Assembly: GCF_000012905.2 (NCBI RefSeq)
Contig: NC_007493.2
Span: forward strand, 2,580,001 to 2,612,000
DNA: 32,000 nt
Origin: Cereibacter sphaeroides 2.4.1
GTDB lineage: Bacteria; Pseudomonadota; Alphaproteobacteria; Rhodobacterales; Rhodobacteraceae
Reading direction: 5' to 3'
Positions 8,288 to 18,189 of this stretch are shown piece by piece (positions within the stretch are counted from its first letter, which is position 1; each line of letters opens with the position of its first letter). Made by a program: the position numbers and the translations under genes. The notes under the pieces are model-generated. The model was not told where the DNA came from, did not search any database, and worked only from the letters and a program-made list of their open reading frames with translations.

Positions 8288-10817
8288 TGACGATGCGGCC
8301 CGGGACGACGATGAGCTTCTTCGGAGCGGCGCCTCCGAGCGCCCGCTGCACAGCTTCGTCCGCCAGCACCAGCTTTTCAACCTCGGAAGCGGCCATCTCC
8401 TTCGGAACGGTGATTTCGCCCCGACGCTTGCCGTTGACCTGGATGGGCAGCGTCACCGTATCGTCGATGAGAAGCGCCGGATCGGCCTTGGGCCAGGCGG
8501 CCTGCGCCACCAGACCCTCGCCGCCGAGCATCGCCCAGACCTCCTCGGCCAGGTGCGGCACCATGGGCGACATGAGCTGCGCCATGGTCCGCATCGCGCG
8601 CTTCTTCGCCTCGGCGCCCGCGCCGGACCGCGAGAGCGTGTTGGTGAATTCGTAGAGCTTGGCGATGGCCTTGTTGAAGGCGAAGCCCTCGACGCCCTGC
8701 GTCACCTCGGCGATGGCGCGCGCCGTGGCCTTGTCGAGCGCCCCATCCTCGGCATTCGCTTCGCCGTCGGCGCGCGAGATCTCGTCCGCCAGACGCCAGA
8801 CCCGATGGAGGTGCTTCGAGGCCGCCTCGGCGCCCGAGGCCGTCCATTCCACGTCCCGCTCGGGCGGGCTGTCCGACATCACGAACCAGCGCGCCGTATC
8901 GGCGCCGAACTGGCGGATGATGTTCATCGGATCGACGACGTTCTTCTTCGATTTCGACATTTTGGCCGAGGGGATGATCTCGACCGGCGTGCCGTCCGCG
9001 AGCTTGCCGTCGGTCACGTCCTCGGGGAGGTGGTAGACCGGGCGCCCCGCCGCATCGCGGGTGAGATAGATCTCGTGCGTGACCATGCCTTGCGTGAAGA
9101 GCGCGTTGAAGGGCTCGATGGCCTTCGCCGGCAGGTGCCCCGTCTTCTGCATCGCGCGGGCGAAGAAGCGGGAATAGAGCAGGTGCAGGATCGCATGCTC
9201 GATGCCGCCGATATATTGATCGACGTTCATCCAGTAGTCGGCTTCCTCGGCGTCGGTGGGCGTGGCCGCCCGCGGCGCGGTGAAGCGCGCGTAATACCAG
9301 CTCGAATCGACGAACGTGTCCATCGTGTCGGTCTCGCGCCGGGCCTTCGCCCCGCATTTCGGGCAGGTGCAGTCGCGCCATGTCGGGTGGCGGTCGAGCG
9401 GGTTACCCGGCACGTCGAAGCTCACGTCGTCCGGCAGGCGGACGGGCAGGTTCTCCTTGGCCTCGGGCACCACGCCGCAGGTCTCGCAATGGATGACCGG
9501 GATCGGGCAGCCCCAGTAGCGCTGGCGGCTGATGCCCCAGTCGCGCAGGCGGTAGTTGGTGACGCCGCGCCCCACGCCCTGCGATTCGCAGAAGGCGATG
9601 GCGGCGGCGACGCCCTCCTCGCCGGTCTGGACCTCGGCGCCGGCGAAGCCGCGGATGTAGTGCACGCGCTCGGATTTCATCGGCACGAAGGCTTCGGCGA
9701 GCGCCGTCTCTTCGCAGCCTTCGGGCAGGAAGACGGGCCGGATCGGCAGGCCGTATTTCGTGGCGAATTCGAAGTCGCGCTGGTCATGCGCCGGGCAGCC
9801 GAAGATCGCGCCGGTGCCATAATCCATCAGGATGAAGTTCGCGATATAGACCGGCAGCTCCCAGGCGGCATCGAACGGATGGCGCACGCGGAGGCCGGTA
9901 TCGAAACCCTTTTTCTCCGCCTTCTCCAGCGCCTCTTCCGAGGTGCCGACGCGGCGGCATTCGGCCACGAACTCGGCCACCTCCGGATCGTGCCGCTCCA
10001 GATGCCGGGCCAGCGGGTGATCGGGCGAGATCGCCGCGAAGGAGGCCCCCATCAGCGTGTCGGGACGGGTCGTATAGACCTCGAGCCGGTCGAAGCCCTC
10101 GGGCGCGCCCGCCATCGAGAAGGCGAACTGCAGCCCGCGCGACTGGCCGATCCAGTTGGCCTGCATCAGCCGCACCTTCTCGGGCCAGTCCTTCAGCGTG
10201 TCGAGCGCCTCCAGCAGTTCGCCCGCATAGTCGGAGATGCGGAAGAACCACTGCGTCAGCTCGCGCCGCACCACGGGCGCCCCCGAGCGCCAGCCCTTGC
10301 CGTCGATCACCTGCTCGTTGGCCAGCACCGTCATGTCGACCGGGTCCCAGTTCACCACCGCATTCTTGCGGTAGACGAGGCCCGCCTCCATCATGTCGAT
10401 GAACATGGCCTGCTGCTGGCCGTAATATTCGGGATCGCAGGTGGCGAATTCGCGGCTCCAGTCGATCGAGAGCCCGAGCGGCTTCATCTGCGCGCGCATG
10501 TCGGCGATGTTGCCGTAGGTCCAGTCCTTGGGATGGCCGCCCCGCTCCATCGCGGCATTCTCGGCAGGCATGCCGAAGGCATCCCAGCCCATCGGATGCA
10601 GCACCGAGAAGCCGGCGGCGGCCTTCTGCCGCGCCACCACGTCGCCCATCGTGTAGTTGCGGACGTGCCCCATGTGGATGCGGCCCGACGGATAGGGGAA
10701 CATCTCGAGGACGTAATATTTCGGCCGGGCGGGATCGTGCCGGGCCGTGAAGACCCCCGCCGCGTCCCAGGCGGCCTGCCAGCGGCTTTCGGTTGCTGCG
10801 GGATCGTAACGCGACAT
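8274..10817 (-). CDS. leuS: Leucine--tRNA ligase
   Basis: 847 aa with the class I HIGH motif ([15 protein letters not shown]) and KMSKS ([10 protein letters not shown]). Confidence 0.97.
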   Translation of the reverse strand: MSRYDPAATESRWQAAWDAAGVFTARHDPARPKYYVLEMFPYPSGRIHMGHVRNYTMGDVVARQKAAAGFSVLHPMGWDAFGMPAENAAMERGGHPKDWTYGNIADMRAQMKPLGLSIDWSREFATCDPEYYGQQQAMFIDMMEAGLVYRKNAVVNWDPVDMTVLANEQVIDGKGWRSGAPVVRRELTQWFFRISDYAGELLEALDTLKDWPEKVRLMQANWIGQSRGLQFAFSMAGAPEGFDRLEVYTTRPDTLMGASFAAISPDHPLARHLERHDPEVAEFVAECRRVGTSEEALEKAEKKGFDTGLRVRHPFDAAWELPVYIANFILMDYGTGAIFGCPAHDQRDFEFATKYGLPIRPVFLPEGCEETALAEAFVPMKSERVHYIRGFAGAEVQTGEEGVAAAIAFCESQGVGRGVTNYRLRDWGISRQRYWGCPIPVIHCETCGVVPEAKENLPVRLPDDVSFDVPGNPLDRHPTWRDCTCPKCGAKARRETDTMDTFVDSSWYYARFTAPRAATPTDAEEADYWMNVDQYIGGIEHAILHLLYSRFFARAMQKTGHLPAKAIEPFNALFTQGMVTHEIYLTRDAAGRPVYHLPEDVTDGKLADGTPVEIIPSAKMSKSKKNVVDPMNIIRQFGADTARWFVMSDSPPERDVEWTASGAEAASKHLHRVWRLADEISRADGEANAEDGALDKATARAIAEVTQGVEGFAFNKAIAKLYEFTNTLSRSGAGAEAKKRAMRTMAQLMSPMVPHLAEEVWAMLGGEGLVAQAAWPKADPALLIDDTVTLPIQVNGKRRGEITVPKEMAASEVEKLVLADEAVQRALGGAAPKKLIVVPGRIVNVVI

Positions 10818-10937
10818 GGGCGGCCTCTTCGGAAAGGATCGCCCGCAGTTACACCGAGGCGCGGCCCAAGGTCCAGAGCCGCCCCCGTCCGGTGCGGACC
10901 GCGGGCCGGGGCGAGCGCCCGGCCGGCGGCCTCAGCC

Positions 10938-11474
10938 TCAAAGGCGCGAGTCGCGCAGGCGGAGCTGCCGGGCGCGGGTGAGGATCGCATCCTCGACCGC
11001 GCGCTGCGTCTCGGCCGAGACCGGCCCGCCGCCCTGCCCCTGCAGCGCCACCTTGAGCGAGCGCGCATCGAGCGCCGGATCCTGCACATAGATCGTGGCG
11101 CGGTAGGCCCGACCGCCGCCCGGCGGCACGCCGTAGCCCGTCGAGATCACGCCGGTGAAGGGATCGACCGCCTGGACCGGCAGGAAGTTCAGCACCTCGA
11201 GCGCCGCGTTCCAGATATATTTGTTGACCTCGACCTTCGTGTTCGGGTCGTCCTTGCTGCCGAACAGGTCGAAGAGCGAGGACCGAGTGCTTCCCGTGCC
11301 GGCCACCGTCGCGCCCGCATTGCGCTCGGCGATTTCCGCCTGCCGTTGAGCCGCGCCCGCCTCGATCTGCCGATCGCCCGAGGAGGCGTCTCCCCCACCC
11401 AGGCCGCCGCAGGCAGAGAGCGAAAGCGCAAGCCCGACCGGCAGGGCAGCGCGCGCGAGGCTAAGGAAGGTCAT
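10938..11474 (-). CDS. DUF3576-type lipoprotein
   Basis: ATG 11474 gives MTFLSLARAALPVGLALSLSAC (lipobox LSAC). The conserved core is NKYIWNAALEVLNFLPV...DPFTGVISTGYG. The longer ORF start at 11531 lacks support. Confidence 0.75.
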   Translation of the reverse strand: MTFLSLARAALPVGLALSLSACGGLGGGDASSGDRQIEAGAAQRQAEIAERNAGATVAGTGSTRSSLFDLFGSKDDPNTKVEVNKYIWNAALEVLNFLPVQAVDPFTGVISTGYGVPPGGGRAYRATIYVQDPALDARSLKVALQGQGGGPVSAETQRAVEDAILTRARQLRLRDSRL

Positions 11475-11757
11475 GAAGTCCCCCGTGTGTGACGTCCCGT
11501 GCTGTCTAGCCGAGGCACCGGACCGTGCCAAGGTTTTTCAGGCATCCCGTCCGGCCCTGCCAGAAAGCGAAGGTTTTCCGACCTTTGGACGGGTGGCAGG
11601 GCACCCCGGCTCACTGTGGCAACTCTGCACCATCATCCACGTCTTTCCCCGCAACGGACCCGTTCCGTTTGCAATCGAGGCCATCCGGAGGGAAACAGAG
11701 GCAGGCCCACTCGGATTCCCCTGAGCTGGGGCGCAGACGAGACAAACGAGGGAAACT

Positions 11758-12750
11758 ATGAAACAGATTCTTCTTGCGACCACGGCTCTGGTGATGACCG
11801 CTGGCGTGGCTGCGGCCGAAATCAGCTTCTCGGGCTACGCCGAGATGGGTGTTGTCGGCGGTGGTGACGATGCGCCGGCCCGCGCTGGCCACGCGGCTGG
11901 CGGCCAGACCGAGTTCCACAACGACTTCAACCTCATCGTCACCATGACGAGCGAGACCGACACCGGCCTCGCGTTCGGCGCCAGCGTCGAGATCTCGAAA
12001 GACGAAGGCGACTCGAACGGCAACTTCGCTGCCGACAACGAAGCCGCTTTCATCTCGGGCGCCTTCGGCACCCTGACCATGGGCGAAATCGACGGCGCCA
12101 TGGACTGGGCCATGACCGAGAACGTGGGCAACCCCGGCACCATCGGTGACGACGAAACCACCCACGCCGGCTACTTCGGCGCCTACGGCGACGGCAAGTA
12201 CGACAACCAGATCGCCCGCTACGAATACAGCTTCGGCGACTTCGGTGTGGCGATCTCGGCCGAGCTCGACGACACCGACACCAACGGCGACGGCTACGCC
12301 ATCGGTGCGAAATACAAAGGCGACTTCGGCGGTTTCGGCATGGGCTTCGGCCTGGCCTACCAGACGTTCGAAACCGACGTGCTCGTCGGCCTCGGCAGCC
12401 AAGAAGCCGCTCTGGTCGGCGGTGACGTCGAGCTGCTCGGCGCCTCGGTCAACGCCGACTTCAACAACGGCTTCGTCGCTGGCCTCGCCTACACCGACAT
12501 CAGCTCGGACGCTCAGGACGGCAACCACCTCGGTCTGTCGGCTGGCTTCACCACCGGTGCGTTCCAGATCGGCGCCAACTACGGTGTGTTCGACATGGAC
12601 GTGCAAGACAAAGTCAAAGGCTGGGGCGTTGCCGCGGCTTATGACCTCGGCGGCGGTCTGAAGCTGCACGGCGGCTACGGCGACTCCGACATCGACGGCG
12701 TCGACGGCGACTTCGAGACCTACTCGGTCGGTCTCTCGATGTCGTTCTGA
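11758..12750 (+). CDS. Major outer-membrane porin (Rhodobacter-type general porin)
   Basis: SD GAGGGA lies upstream of ATG 11758. The signal peptide is MKQILLATTALVMTAGVAAA/EISFSGY. The protein is an acidic Gly/Asp/Tyr-rich beta-barrel ending ...YSVGLSMSF with a C-terminal Phe. Confidence 0.9.
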   Translation: MKQILLATTALVMTAGVAAAEISFSGYAEMGVVGGGDDAPARAGHAAGGQTEFHNDFNLIVTMTSETDTGLAFGASVEISKDEGDSNGNFAADNEAAFISGAFGTLTMGEIDGAMDWAMTENVGNPGTIGDDETTHAGYFGAYGDGKYDNQIARYEYSFGDFGVAISAELDDTDTNGDGYAIGAKYKGDFGGFGMGFGLAYQTFETDVLVGLGSQEAALVGGDVELLGASVNADFNNGFVAGLAYTDISSDAQDGNHLGLSAGFTTGAFQIGANYGVFDMDVQDKVKGWGVAAAYDLGGGLKLHGGYGDSDIDGVDGDFETYSVGLSMSF

Positions 12751-12773
12751 TCGGAACTCCGATCCTGAACGGA

Positions 12774-12806
12774 AAGAGCGGGCTCCGGCCCACTCTTTTC
12801 ATTTCC
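12774..12806 (+). terminator. Intrinsic terminator of the porin gene
   Basis: AAGAGCGGGC-TCCG-GCCCACTCTT stem with one mismatch, followed by TTCATTT. Confidence 0.65.
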
Positions 12807-12904
12807 GCCTCTGCCGGCGATCCGCAACGGCCGAAGAGGTTTGCGAAAATCGACAGCGCGCCCGGTCCGTGCTAGTGGCGGGCCAGACCCCCGGATCGGA
12901 TCCC

Positions 12905-14090
12905 ATGCTGCCCCTGAACCCTGCCCACCTCCCCCGGCTCCTGACCGAGGCGCTGCGCCTGCACGAGGCCGGCCGCCTGCCCGAGGCCGAAGAGCGCTAC
13001 CGCTCCGTGCTGGCCGTGGCGCCGGACGAGCCCGCCGCCAACTTCCATCTGGGCCGCCTGCTCGCCGCCCGCCGTGCGCCCGAGGCGCTGGACCGGCTGG
13101 GCCGTGCCGCCCGTGCCCGCCCGCAGGAGGCCGCGGGCTGGCAGGCCTGGACCGCCGCAGCCGCGGCCTTCGGCGATGCCGCCGCCCGCAAGGAGGTGGC
13201 CGAGGCGGCGCGGCAGGCGCGACTGCCTGCCCCGCTCCTGAGCCAGATCGAGACGCGCCTCTCGGGAGCGCCCGTGAAGCCCGTGGCGCAGCCGCGCATC
13301 GGCCGCGCCGCGCCGGCCGAGATCAAGGCGCTGCTCTCCGACTATCAGGCGGGCCGCATGGCCGCGGCCGAGCGCCGGGCCGGCGCGATCCTCTCCGCCG
13401 CGCCCGATTGCGCGCTGGCCGCCGACGTGCTGGGCAACGCGCAGATGGCGCAGGGGCGGCAGGCCCCGGCCCTCGCCGCCTTCCAGCGGGTCGTGGCGCT
13501 GGAGCCCGGCTGGCCGGACGGGCATCTGCATCTCGCGCAGGCGCTCTTGGCGCTCGGCCGGGCGGCCGAGGCGCTCGATCCGCTCGCCCGCGCGGCGGCG
13601 CTGACCCCGAAGCCCGCCCGGGCGCTGATGCTGCTCGCGGTGACGCTCGCGCGGATGGGGCGGCAGACCGCGGCGCTGGCGGCGCTGAAGCGCGCGGTCG
13701 CGGCCGAGCCCCGCCACCCCGAGGCGCAGTTCCAGCTGGGCATCCTGCAGACCGACCTGCGCGCCTATGCCGAGGCGGAGGCCGCCTTCCGCGCGGCCGA
13801 GGCTGCGGGCAATCGCTCGGCCGACCTCCAGCTCAGGCTGGGACAGGTGCTGCTCATGCAGGGCGACGAGGCCGGCGCCGAGGCGGCCTACGAGACGGGC
13901 CTCGCACGCGAGCCCGATCATGCAATGCTCCTGTCGCGGAAGGCGCTGCTCCTGCAGGGCCGCGGCGCCTTCGCCGAGGCCGAGGCGCTGCTGCGGCGCG
14001 CCATCGAACTCGCGCCCGGCACCGGCGAGTTCTACCGCATCCTGTCGGCCAGCCTGAAGATGACGCCCGAGGATCCGCTGCTTTTTCGAG
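12905..14090 (+). CDS. TPR-repeat protein, apparently the N-terminal part of a disrupted TPR-sulfotransferase gene
   Basis: Repeated TPR-like helices occur up to ...GEFYRILSASLKMTPEDPLLF (A..A..LG....A...L.RA....P). After the T5 run at 14082-14086 this frame stays open to 14833 but becomes Arg/Pro/Gly junk. Confidence 0.65.
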
Positions 14091-15059
14091 ATGCAGCGCC
14101 GGTTCGACGACCCGGCCACGGCCGAGGCCGACCGGATGCATCTGGGCTTCGCGCTGGCCAAGGCGATGGACGACCTGAAGCGGCCCGAGAGCCTGTTCAC
14201 CTACCTCAGGCCCGCCAACCAGCTGATGCGCAAGGCGCACCCCTACGACATCGCAAGCCGCCGGGCCGAGCTCGAGGGGATCTTCGCCACCTTCGCCGAT
14301 TTCACCCCCGCCCCCGCCCCGGAGGCGAGCGATTTCGCCCCGGTCTTCGTGACGGGAATGCCGCGCTCGGGCACCACGCTCGTCGAGCAGATCATCGCGA
14401 GCCACAGCCGCATGACCGGCGCGGGCGAGGCGGGCGTGGCCGTGCGCGAGGTGCAGAAGGTGATCCTCGATGCCGCGGGCCGCTACCGCGCCTGGAGCGA
14501 GATCGCGGGCGCGGAGGTGGCGGCCATGGGCCGGCGCTACGAGGCGGAGATGCGCCGCCGCTTCCCCGAGGCGGTGCAGGTCACCGACAAGTCGATCCAG
14601 ACCCATGCCTGGATGGGCTTCATCGCCTCGGCCCTCCCGCAGGCGAAATTCGTCGTCGTGCGCCGCGATCCGCGCGACACGGCGCTGTCGATCTACCGCA
14701 ACGTCTTTGCCGAGAACACGCATCTCTATGCCTACGACCTGCACGACCTCGGGCTCTATTTCCGCATGTTCGAGGAGCTGATCGACTTCTGGCGCGAGAA
14801 GCTGCCGGGCGGCTTCCACGAGATCCAGTATGAGGAGCTGGTGGACCATCCCGAGGAGCAGTCGCGCCGCCTGATCGCCGCCTGCGGCCTGCCGTGGGAG
14901 GAGGCCTGCCTCAGCTTCCACGAGAACAAGCGGCGGGTGCAGACGCTGAGCCTCTATCAGGTGCGCCAGCCGATCTATCGCAGCTCGACCCGCGCCTGGG
15001 AGCGGCATGCGGAGGAGCTGAAGGACTTTACCGACGCGCTGGAGGGCCGACATGCTTGA
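14091..15059 (+). CDS. Sulfotransferase-domain protein (likely the C-terminal part of the same TPR-sulfotransferase gene, in the +1 frame)
   Basis: The PAPS-binding 5'-PSB-like motif FVTGMPRSGTTLVEQI, then VVRRDPRDTALS and YQVRQPIY, are typical of bacterial TPR-sulfotransferases. Sense continues across the frame junction (..DPLLF / EMQRRFDD..). Confidence 0.8.
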   Translation: MQRRFDDPATAEADRMHLGFALAKAMDDLKRPESLFTYLRPANQLMRKAHPYDIASRRAELEGIFATFADFTPAPAPEASDFAPVFVTGMPRSGTTLVEQIIASHSRMTGAGEAGVAVREVQKVILDAAGRYRAWSEIAGAEVAAMGRRYEAEMRRRFPEAVQVTDKSIQTHAWMGFIASALPQAKFVVVRRDPRDTALSIYRNVFAENTHLYAYDLHDLGLYFRMFEELIDFWREKLPGGFHEIQYEELVDHPEEQSRRLIAACGLPWEEACLSFHENKRRVQTLSLYQVRQPIYRSSTRAWERHAEELKDFTDALEGRHA

Positions 15060-15717
15060 GACGATCCAGACCCGCATCGCGGCCGCCGAGGCCGCCGCCG
15101 GCCGGGCGCCGGGCTCTGTCGAGCTGATCGCCGTCTCGAAGGTCCAGCCGCTCGAGCGGGTGGTGGCCGTGCTCGAGGCGGGCCACCGGATCTTCGGCGA
15201 GAACTATGTGCAGGAGGCGCAGGGCAAGTGGCCGGATCTGCGCGAACGGTTCGGCCCGCTCTCCGTCCACATGATCGGACCGCTCCAGACCAACAAGGCG
15301 AAGGTGGCGGTGGGTCTCTTCGAGGCGATCCACACGCTCGACCGGCCGTCGCTGGCCGAGAAGCTCGCCCGGCTGGCGCAGGAGCGGGGCGCCTGTCCCC
15401 GGCTCTTCGTGCAGGTGAACACGGGCGAGGAGCCGCAGAAGGCAGGCGTCCTGCCCGCGGACGCCGACGGGTTCGTCGCCGCCTGCCGCGCGATGGATCT
15501 GCCGGTCGAGGGCCTCATGTGCATCCCGCCCGAGGGCTGTGACAGCGCGCCCCATTTCGCGCTCCTCGCGGCGATCGCGGCGCGGAACGGGCTTCAGGGT
15601 CTCTCGATGGGCATGAGCGGCGACTTCGAGGCGGCCATCGCGGTGGGCGCCACCCATGTCCGCGTGGGCTCGGCCATCTTCGGCGCGCGGGACTATTCCG
15701 GGCAGGCCCGCGGCTGA
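15052..15717 (+). CDS. yggS: YggS-family pyridoxal-phosphate homeostasis protein
   Basis: VELIAVSKVQP (the PLP lysine) and IFGENYVQE...IGPLQTNK...VNTGEE..K.G...LSMGMSGDFE.AI..G.T.VR.GS.IFG. Its ATG overlaps the preceding stop by 8 nt. Confidence 0.9.
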   Translation: MLETIQTRIAAAEAAAGRAPGSVELIAVSKVQPLERVVAVLEAGHRIFGENYVQEAQGKWPDLRERFGPLSVHMIGPLQTNKAKVAVGLFEAIHTLDRPSLAEKLARLAQERGACPRLFVQVNTGEEPQKAGVLPADADGFVAACRAMDLPVEGLMCIPPEGCDSAPHFALLAAIAARNGLQGLSMGMSGDFEAAIAVGATHVRVGSAIFGARDYSGQARG

Positions 15718-15736
15718 CGCGCCGGGGGCCTGTCGC

Positions 15737-16231
15737 TCAGCGCACGATCAGCCGGCTCTCGGGCGTGAGGCTCCGCGCGAGCCACAGCAGATCGCCGCGC
15801 GCGAAGGCCACGCAGCCCGCCGTGGGATGGCGCGGCCGGCGCCATGTGTGCAGGAAGATCGCCGAGCCGCGCCCCGGCACCGCCTCGGGCCAGTTCCAGT
15901 CGGTGAGCAGGATCACGTCATAGAGCGGATCGGGCCGGCTCAGCCGCTCGTGGCTGGGGGCGTAGGGCGCGCGGACCATCTGGTTGTAATCCACGTCACG
16001 CGGATCGTCGGACCACAGATCCGCGGGCCCGAAGGGCAGCGCCCAGTCGGGCAGCTCCGAGGCGGCCACGCGGTCCGGGCGGTAGAGGAGCCCCGCGATC
16101 CGGTGGGTGCCGCGCGGCGTGGCGCCATCGCCCTCGCGCTTCGCCTGCGTGATGCCGCCGCGCCCGATGGCGCAGGGCAGGAAGCGGCGACCGAACCGGG
16201 CGCCCCAGCGGGTAACGACGAGATCCGTCAT
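15737..16231 (-). CDS. L,D-transpeptidase (YkuD)-like family protein
   Basis: 164 aa with IFLHTWRRPRHPTAGCVAF, an H...(S/T)xGC catalytic signature. ATGA-type overlap with the ribA stop. Confidence 0.7.
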   Translation of the reverse strand: MTDLVVTRWGARFGRRFLPCAIGRGGITQAKREGDGATPRGTHRIAGLLYRPDRVAASELPDWALPFGPADLWSDDPRDVDYNQMVRAPYAPSHERLSRPDPLYDVILLTDWNWPEAVPGRGSAIFLHTWRRPRHPTAGCVAFARGDLLWLARSLTPESRLIVR

Positions 16232-17316
16232 GCCAGATGCCCCGACTTGGCGGCCTTGGTGGCGAGATAGGCCGCGTTGAACTCGTTCCGGCCGACATGC
16301 AGCGGCACGCGCTCGGTCACGCGGATGCCGTTGGCCTCCATCATGCGGATCTTGGCCGGGTTGTTGGTCAGCAGACGCACCGCGGCAAAGCCCATCTGGC
16401 GCAGGATGCCCGCGCCGATGCGGAAATCGCGCTCGTCATCCTCGAAGCCCAGCCGGTGGTTCGCCTCGACCGTGTCGAACCCCTGATCCTGCAGGGAATA
16501 GGCGCGCATCTTGTTGGCGAGCCCGATGCCCCGCCCCTCCTGATTGAGATAGAGGAGCACGCCCGCCCCCTCCTCGCCCATCCGCGCCAGCGCCGAGCGG
16601 AGCTGCGGGCCGCAGTCGCATTTGAGGCTGCCCAGCACGTCGCCGGTGAAGCAGGCCGAATGGAGCCGCGCGAGCACCGGAAGGCCGCGGTCGGGCCTGC
16701 CGATCTCGATGGCGTAATGTTCTTCGCCGCCGTCCTCGGGGCGGAAGACATGCACGCGGCCCGCCTGCGAGGCGACCATCGGCACCCGCGCCGAGACGAC
16801 CGGATGCAGCGGCGAACCACGGCTGAGTTCCGCCCTCGCCTCCTCGAGCGGCAGGACGGTCAGCGCGTGCTGCGCCGCGAGGCGCAGCGGATCGGCCACC
16901 GGAACGAGCACCGCGGCCGGCAGGAGATGGGCCGATTTCGCGAGCGCCAGCGCCGCGCGGGCAAGGCCCGCCCCGCCGCCCCGCAGGGCGCGCAGCGGCC
17001 CCTTCATCGGCAGGCGTAGATCGTCGGCCGGATCGGCCACCGCCCGCAGCCACTCGATCCCCGCGGCGTCCGGCAGCTCGATCCGCGCGAGATCGTCGTC
17101 ATAGACCCGCGCCTTCAGCGTCTCGGCCCGCCGCGCGGTGATGGCGAGGACCGGCTCGCCCAGAAGCCGCAGGTCGGCGAGCCGGCCGGGCTCCAGCGCC
17201 TCGACGGCCACGGCCACGGCACCCGCCCCCTCCTCGGTCAGCACCACGGGCACGCCCATCCGGAGATCGCCCCGGGCGCGGTTCAGGCGTTCGACGATGC
17301 CAAGCGAGAGCGACAT
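16228..17316 (-). CDS. ribA: GTP cyclohydrolase II with an N-terminal DHBP-synthase-like (probably inactive) domain
   Basis: The C-terminal half has the zinc motif SACFTGDVLGSLKCDCGPQL, then LLYLNQEGRGIGLANKMRAY.LQD.G.DTV.AN and RDF..GA.IL..MG....RLLTNNP.K. Confidence 0.9.
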   Translation of the reverse strand: MSLSLGIVERLNRARGDLRMGVPVVLTEEGAGAVAVAVEALEPGRLADLRLLGEPVLAITARRAETLKARVYDDDLARIELPDAAGIEWLRAVADPADDLRLPMKGPLRALRGGGAGLARAALALAKSAHLLPAAVLVPVADPLRLAAQHALTVLPLEEARAELSRGSPLHPVVSARVPMVASQAGRVHVFRPEDGGEEHYAIEIGRPDRGLPVLARLHSACFTGDVLGSLKCDCGPQLRSALARMGEEGAGVLLYLNQEGRGIGLANKMRAYSLQDQGFDTVEANHRLGFEDDERDFRIGAGILRQMGFAAVRLLTNNPAKIRMMEANGIRVTERVPLHVGRNEFNAAYLATKAAKSGHLA

Positions 17317-17468
17317 GGGAGGGTTCCTTTCCGCTTCTTCCTAGCCAGCTTTGCAGGAAATTGAAACATTCCGCCCTCTTGCGACACGAGCGCGTGAGAA
17401 ATCCGCAGCAAATCTTGCCGTGCGAGCGAGGCACGCACATGTGATCGGCACGAACGAAGGAGTGACCG

Positions 17469-18155
17469 ATGGCTTCCCTGAAGAAGATCCTCTTGGTGGA
17501 CGATGACGACGACCTTCGCGAGGCGCTGAGCGAACAGCTGGTGATGACCGAGGATTTCGACGTGTTCGAGGCCGCCTCGGGGGCCGAAGGCATGGAGAAG
17601 GCCAAGGCGGGCCTCTACGACCTCGTGATCCTCGATGTGGGTCTGCCGGACACCGACGGGCGCGAGCTCTGCCGGCGGATGCGCAAGGCCGGCGTGAAAT
17701 GTCCGGTGCTGATGCTGACCGGGCATGATTCGGACAGCGACACCATTCTGGGCCTCGATGCGGGCGCGAACGACTATGTGACGAAGCCCTTCAAGTTTCC
17801 GGTGTTGCTCGCGCGCATCAGGGCGCAACTTCGTGCGCACGAACAATCAGAGGATGCAGTGTTCCAGCTCGGCCCCTACAGCTTCCGGCCCGCCCAGAAG
17901 ATGCTGGTGGACGAAAAGGAGCGCAAGATCCGGCTGACGGAAAAGGAAACCAACATCTTGAAATTCCTTTACCGGGCCTCACAAGGTGTTGTGGCTCGCG
18001 AGGTGCTTCTCCACGAGGTTTGGGGATATAACGCGGGCGTTACAACCCACACGCTAGAGACGCACATCTACAGGTTGCGCCAGAAGATCGAGCCCGACCC
18101 GTCGAATGCGCGTCTTCTCGTCACGGAGTCCGGCGGCTACAGGCTTGTTGCGTGA
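17469..18155 (+). CDS. OmpR-family winged-helix response regulator (possible CenR orthologue; assignment from context and memory only)
   Basis: Receiver domain KILLVDDDDDLREAL...DLVILDVGLPDTDG...LMLTG...KPF and a C-terminal wHTH (LTEKETNILKFLY...THTLETHIYRLRQKIE). SD GAAGGAG lies upstream of the ATG. Confidence 0.9.
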   Translation: MASLKKILLVDDDDDLREALSEQLVMTEDFDVFEAASGAEGMEKAKAGLYDLVILDVGLPDTDGRELCRRMRKAGVKCPVLMLTGHDSDSDTILGLDAGANDYVTKPFKFPVLLARIRAQLRAHEQSEDAVFQLGPYSFRPAQKMLVDEKERKIRLTEKETNILKFLYRASQGVVAREVLLHEVWGYNAGVTTHTLETHIYRLRQKIEPDPSNARLLVTESGGYRLVA

Positions 18156-18189
18156 GATCAAATTAAGGATCACACTCCTATCATATAAA

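Noticed and set aside
8265-11492. 1075-aa ORF on the + strand
   Set aside because: It is antisense to leuS, which has HIGH and KMSKS motifs, and to the DUF3576 lipoprotein gene. Its composition is junk-like. The smaller alternative-frame ORFs at 8377-9381 and 9784-10251 are rejected for the same reason.
11545-11625. Interleaved complementary segments in the porin upstream region that could form an H-type pseudoknot (CCCGTCC / GCCCTGCCA ... GGACGGG / TGGCAGGGC)
   Set aside because: The two stem halves are directly adjacent, leaving essentially no connecting loops, so the pseudoknot is sterically implausible. It is also unknown whether this DNA is transcribed as part of the porin leader. I treat it as chance GC-rich complementarity.
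14079-14092. Programmed +1 ribosomal frameshift at CUU UUU (prfB-like CUU_U slip) joining the TPR and sulfotransferase parts
   Set aside because: The slip geometry is formally possible. However, there is no slow or stop codon in the 0-frame A site and no upstream SD-like stimulator at the right distance. An indel in the T-run is the simpler explanation.
12841-14200. 445-aa (+) and 442-aa (-) ORFs overlapping the TPR gene
   Set aside because: They are alternative-frame or antisense shadows. Only the frame starting at 12905 shows the periodic TPR helix pattern.
17317-17468. FMN (RFN) riboswitch upstream of ribA
   Set aside because: I read the - strand leader and found none of the conserved RFN core segments. 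The region looks like a plain divergent promoter spacer shared with the response-regulator gene.
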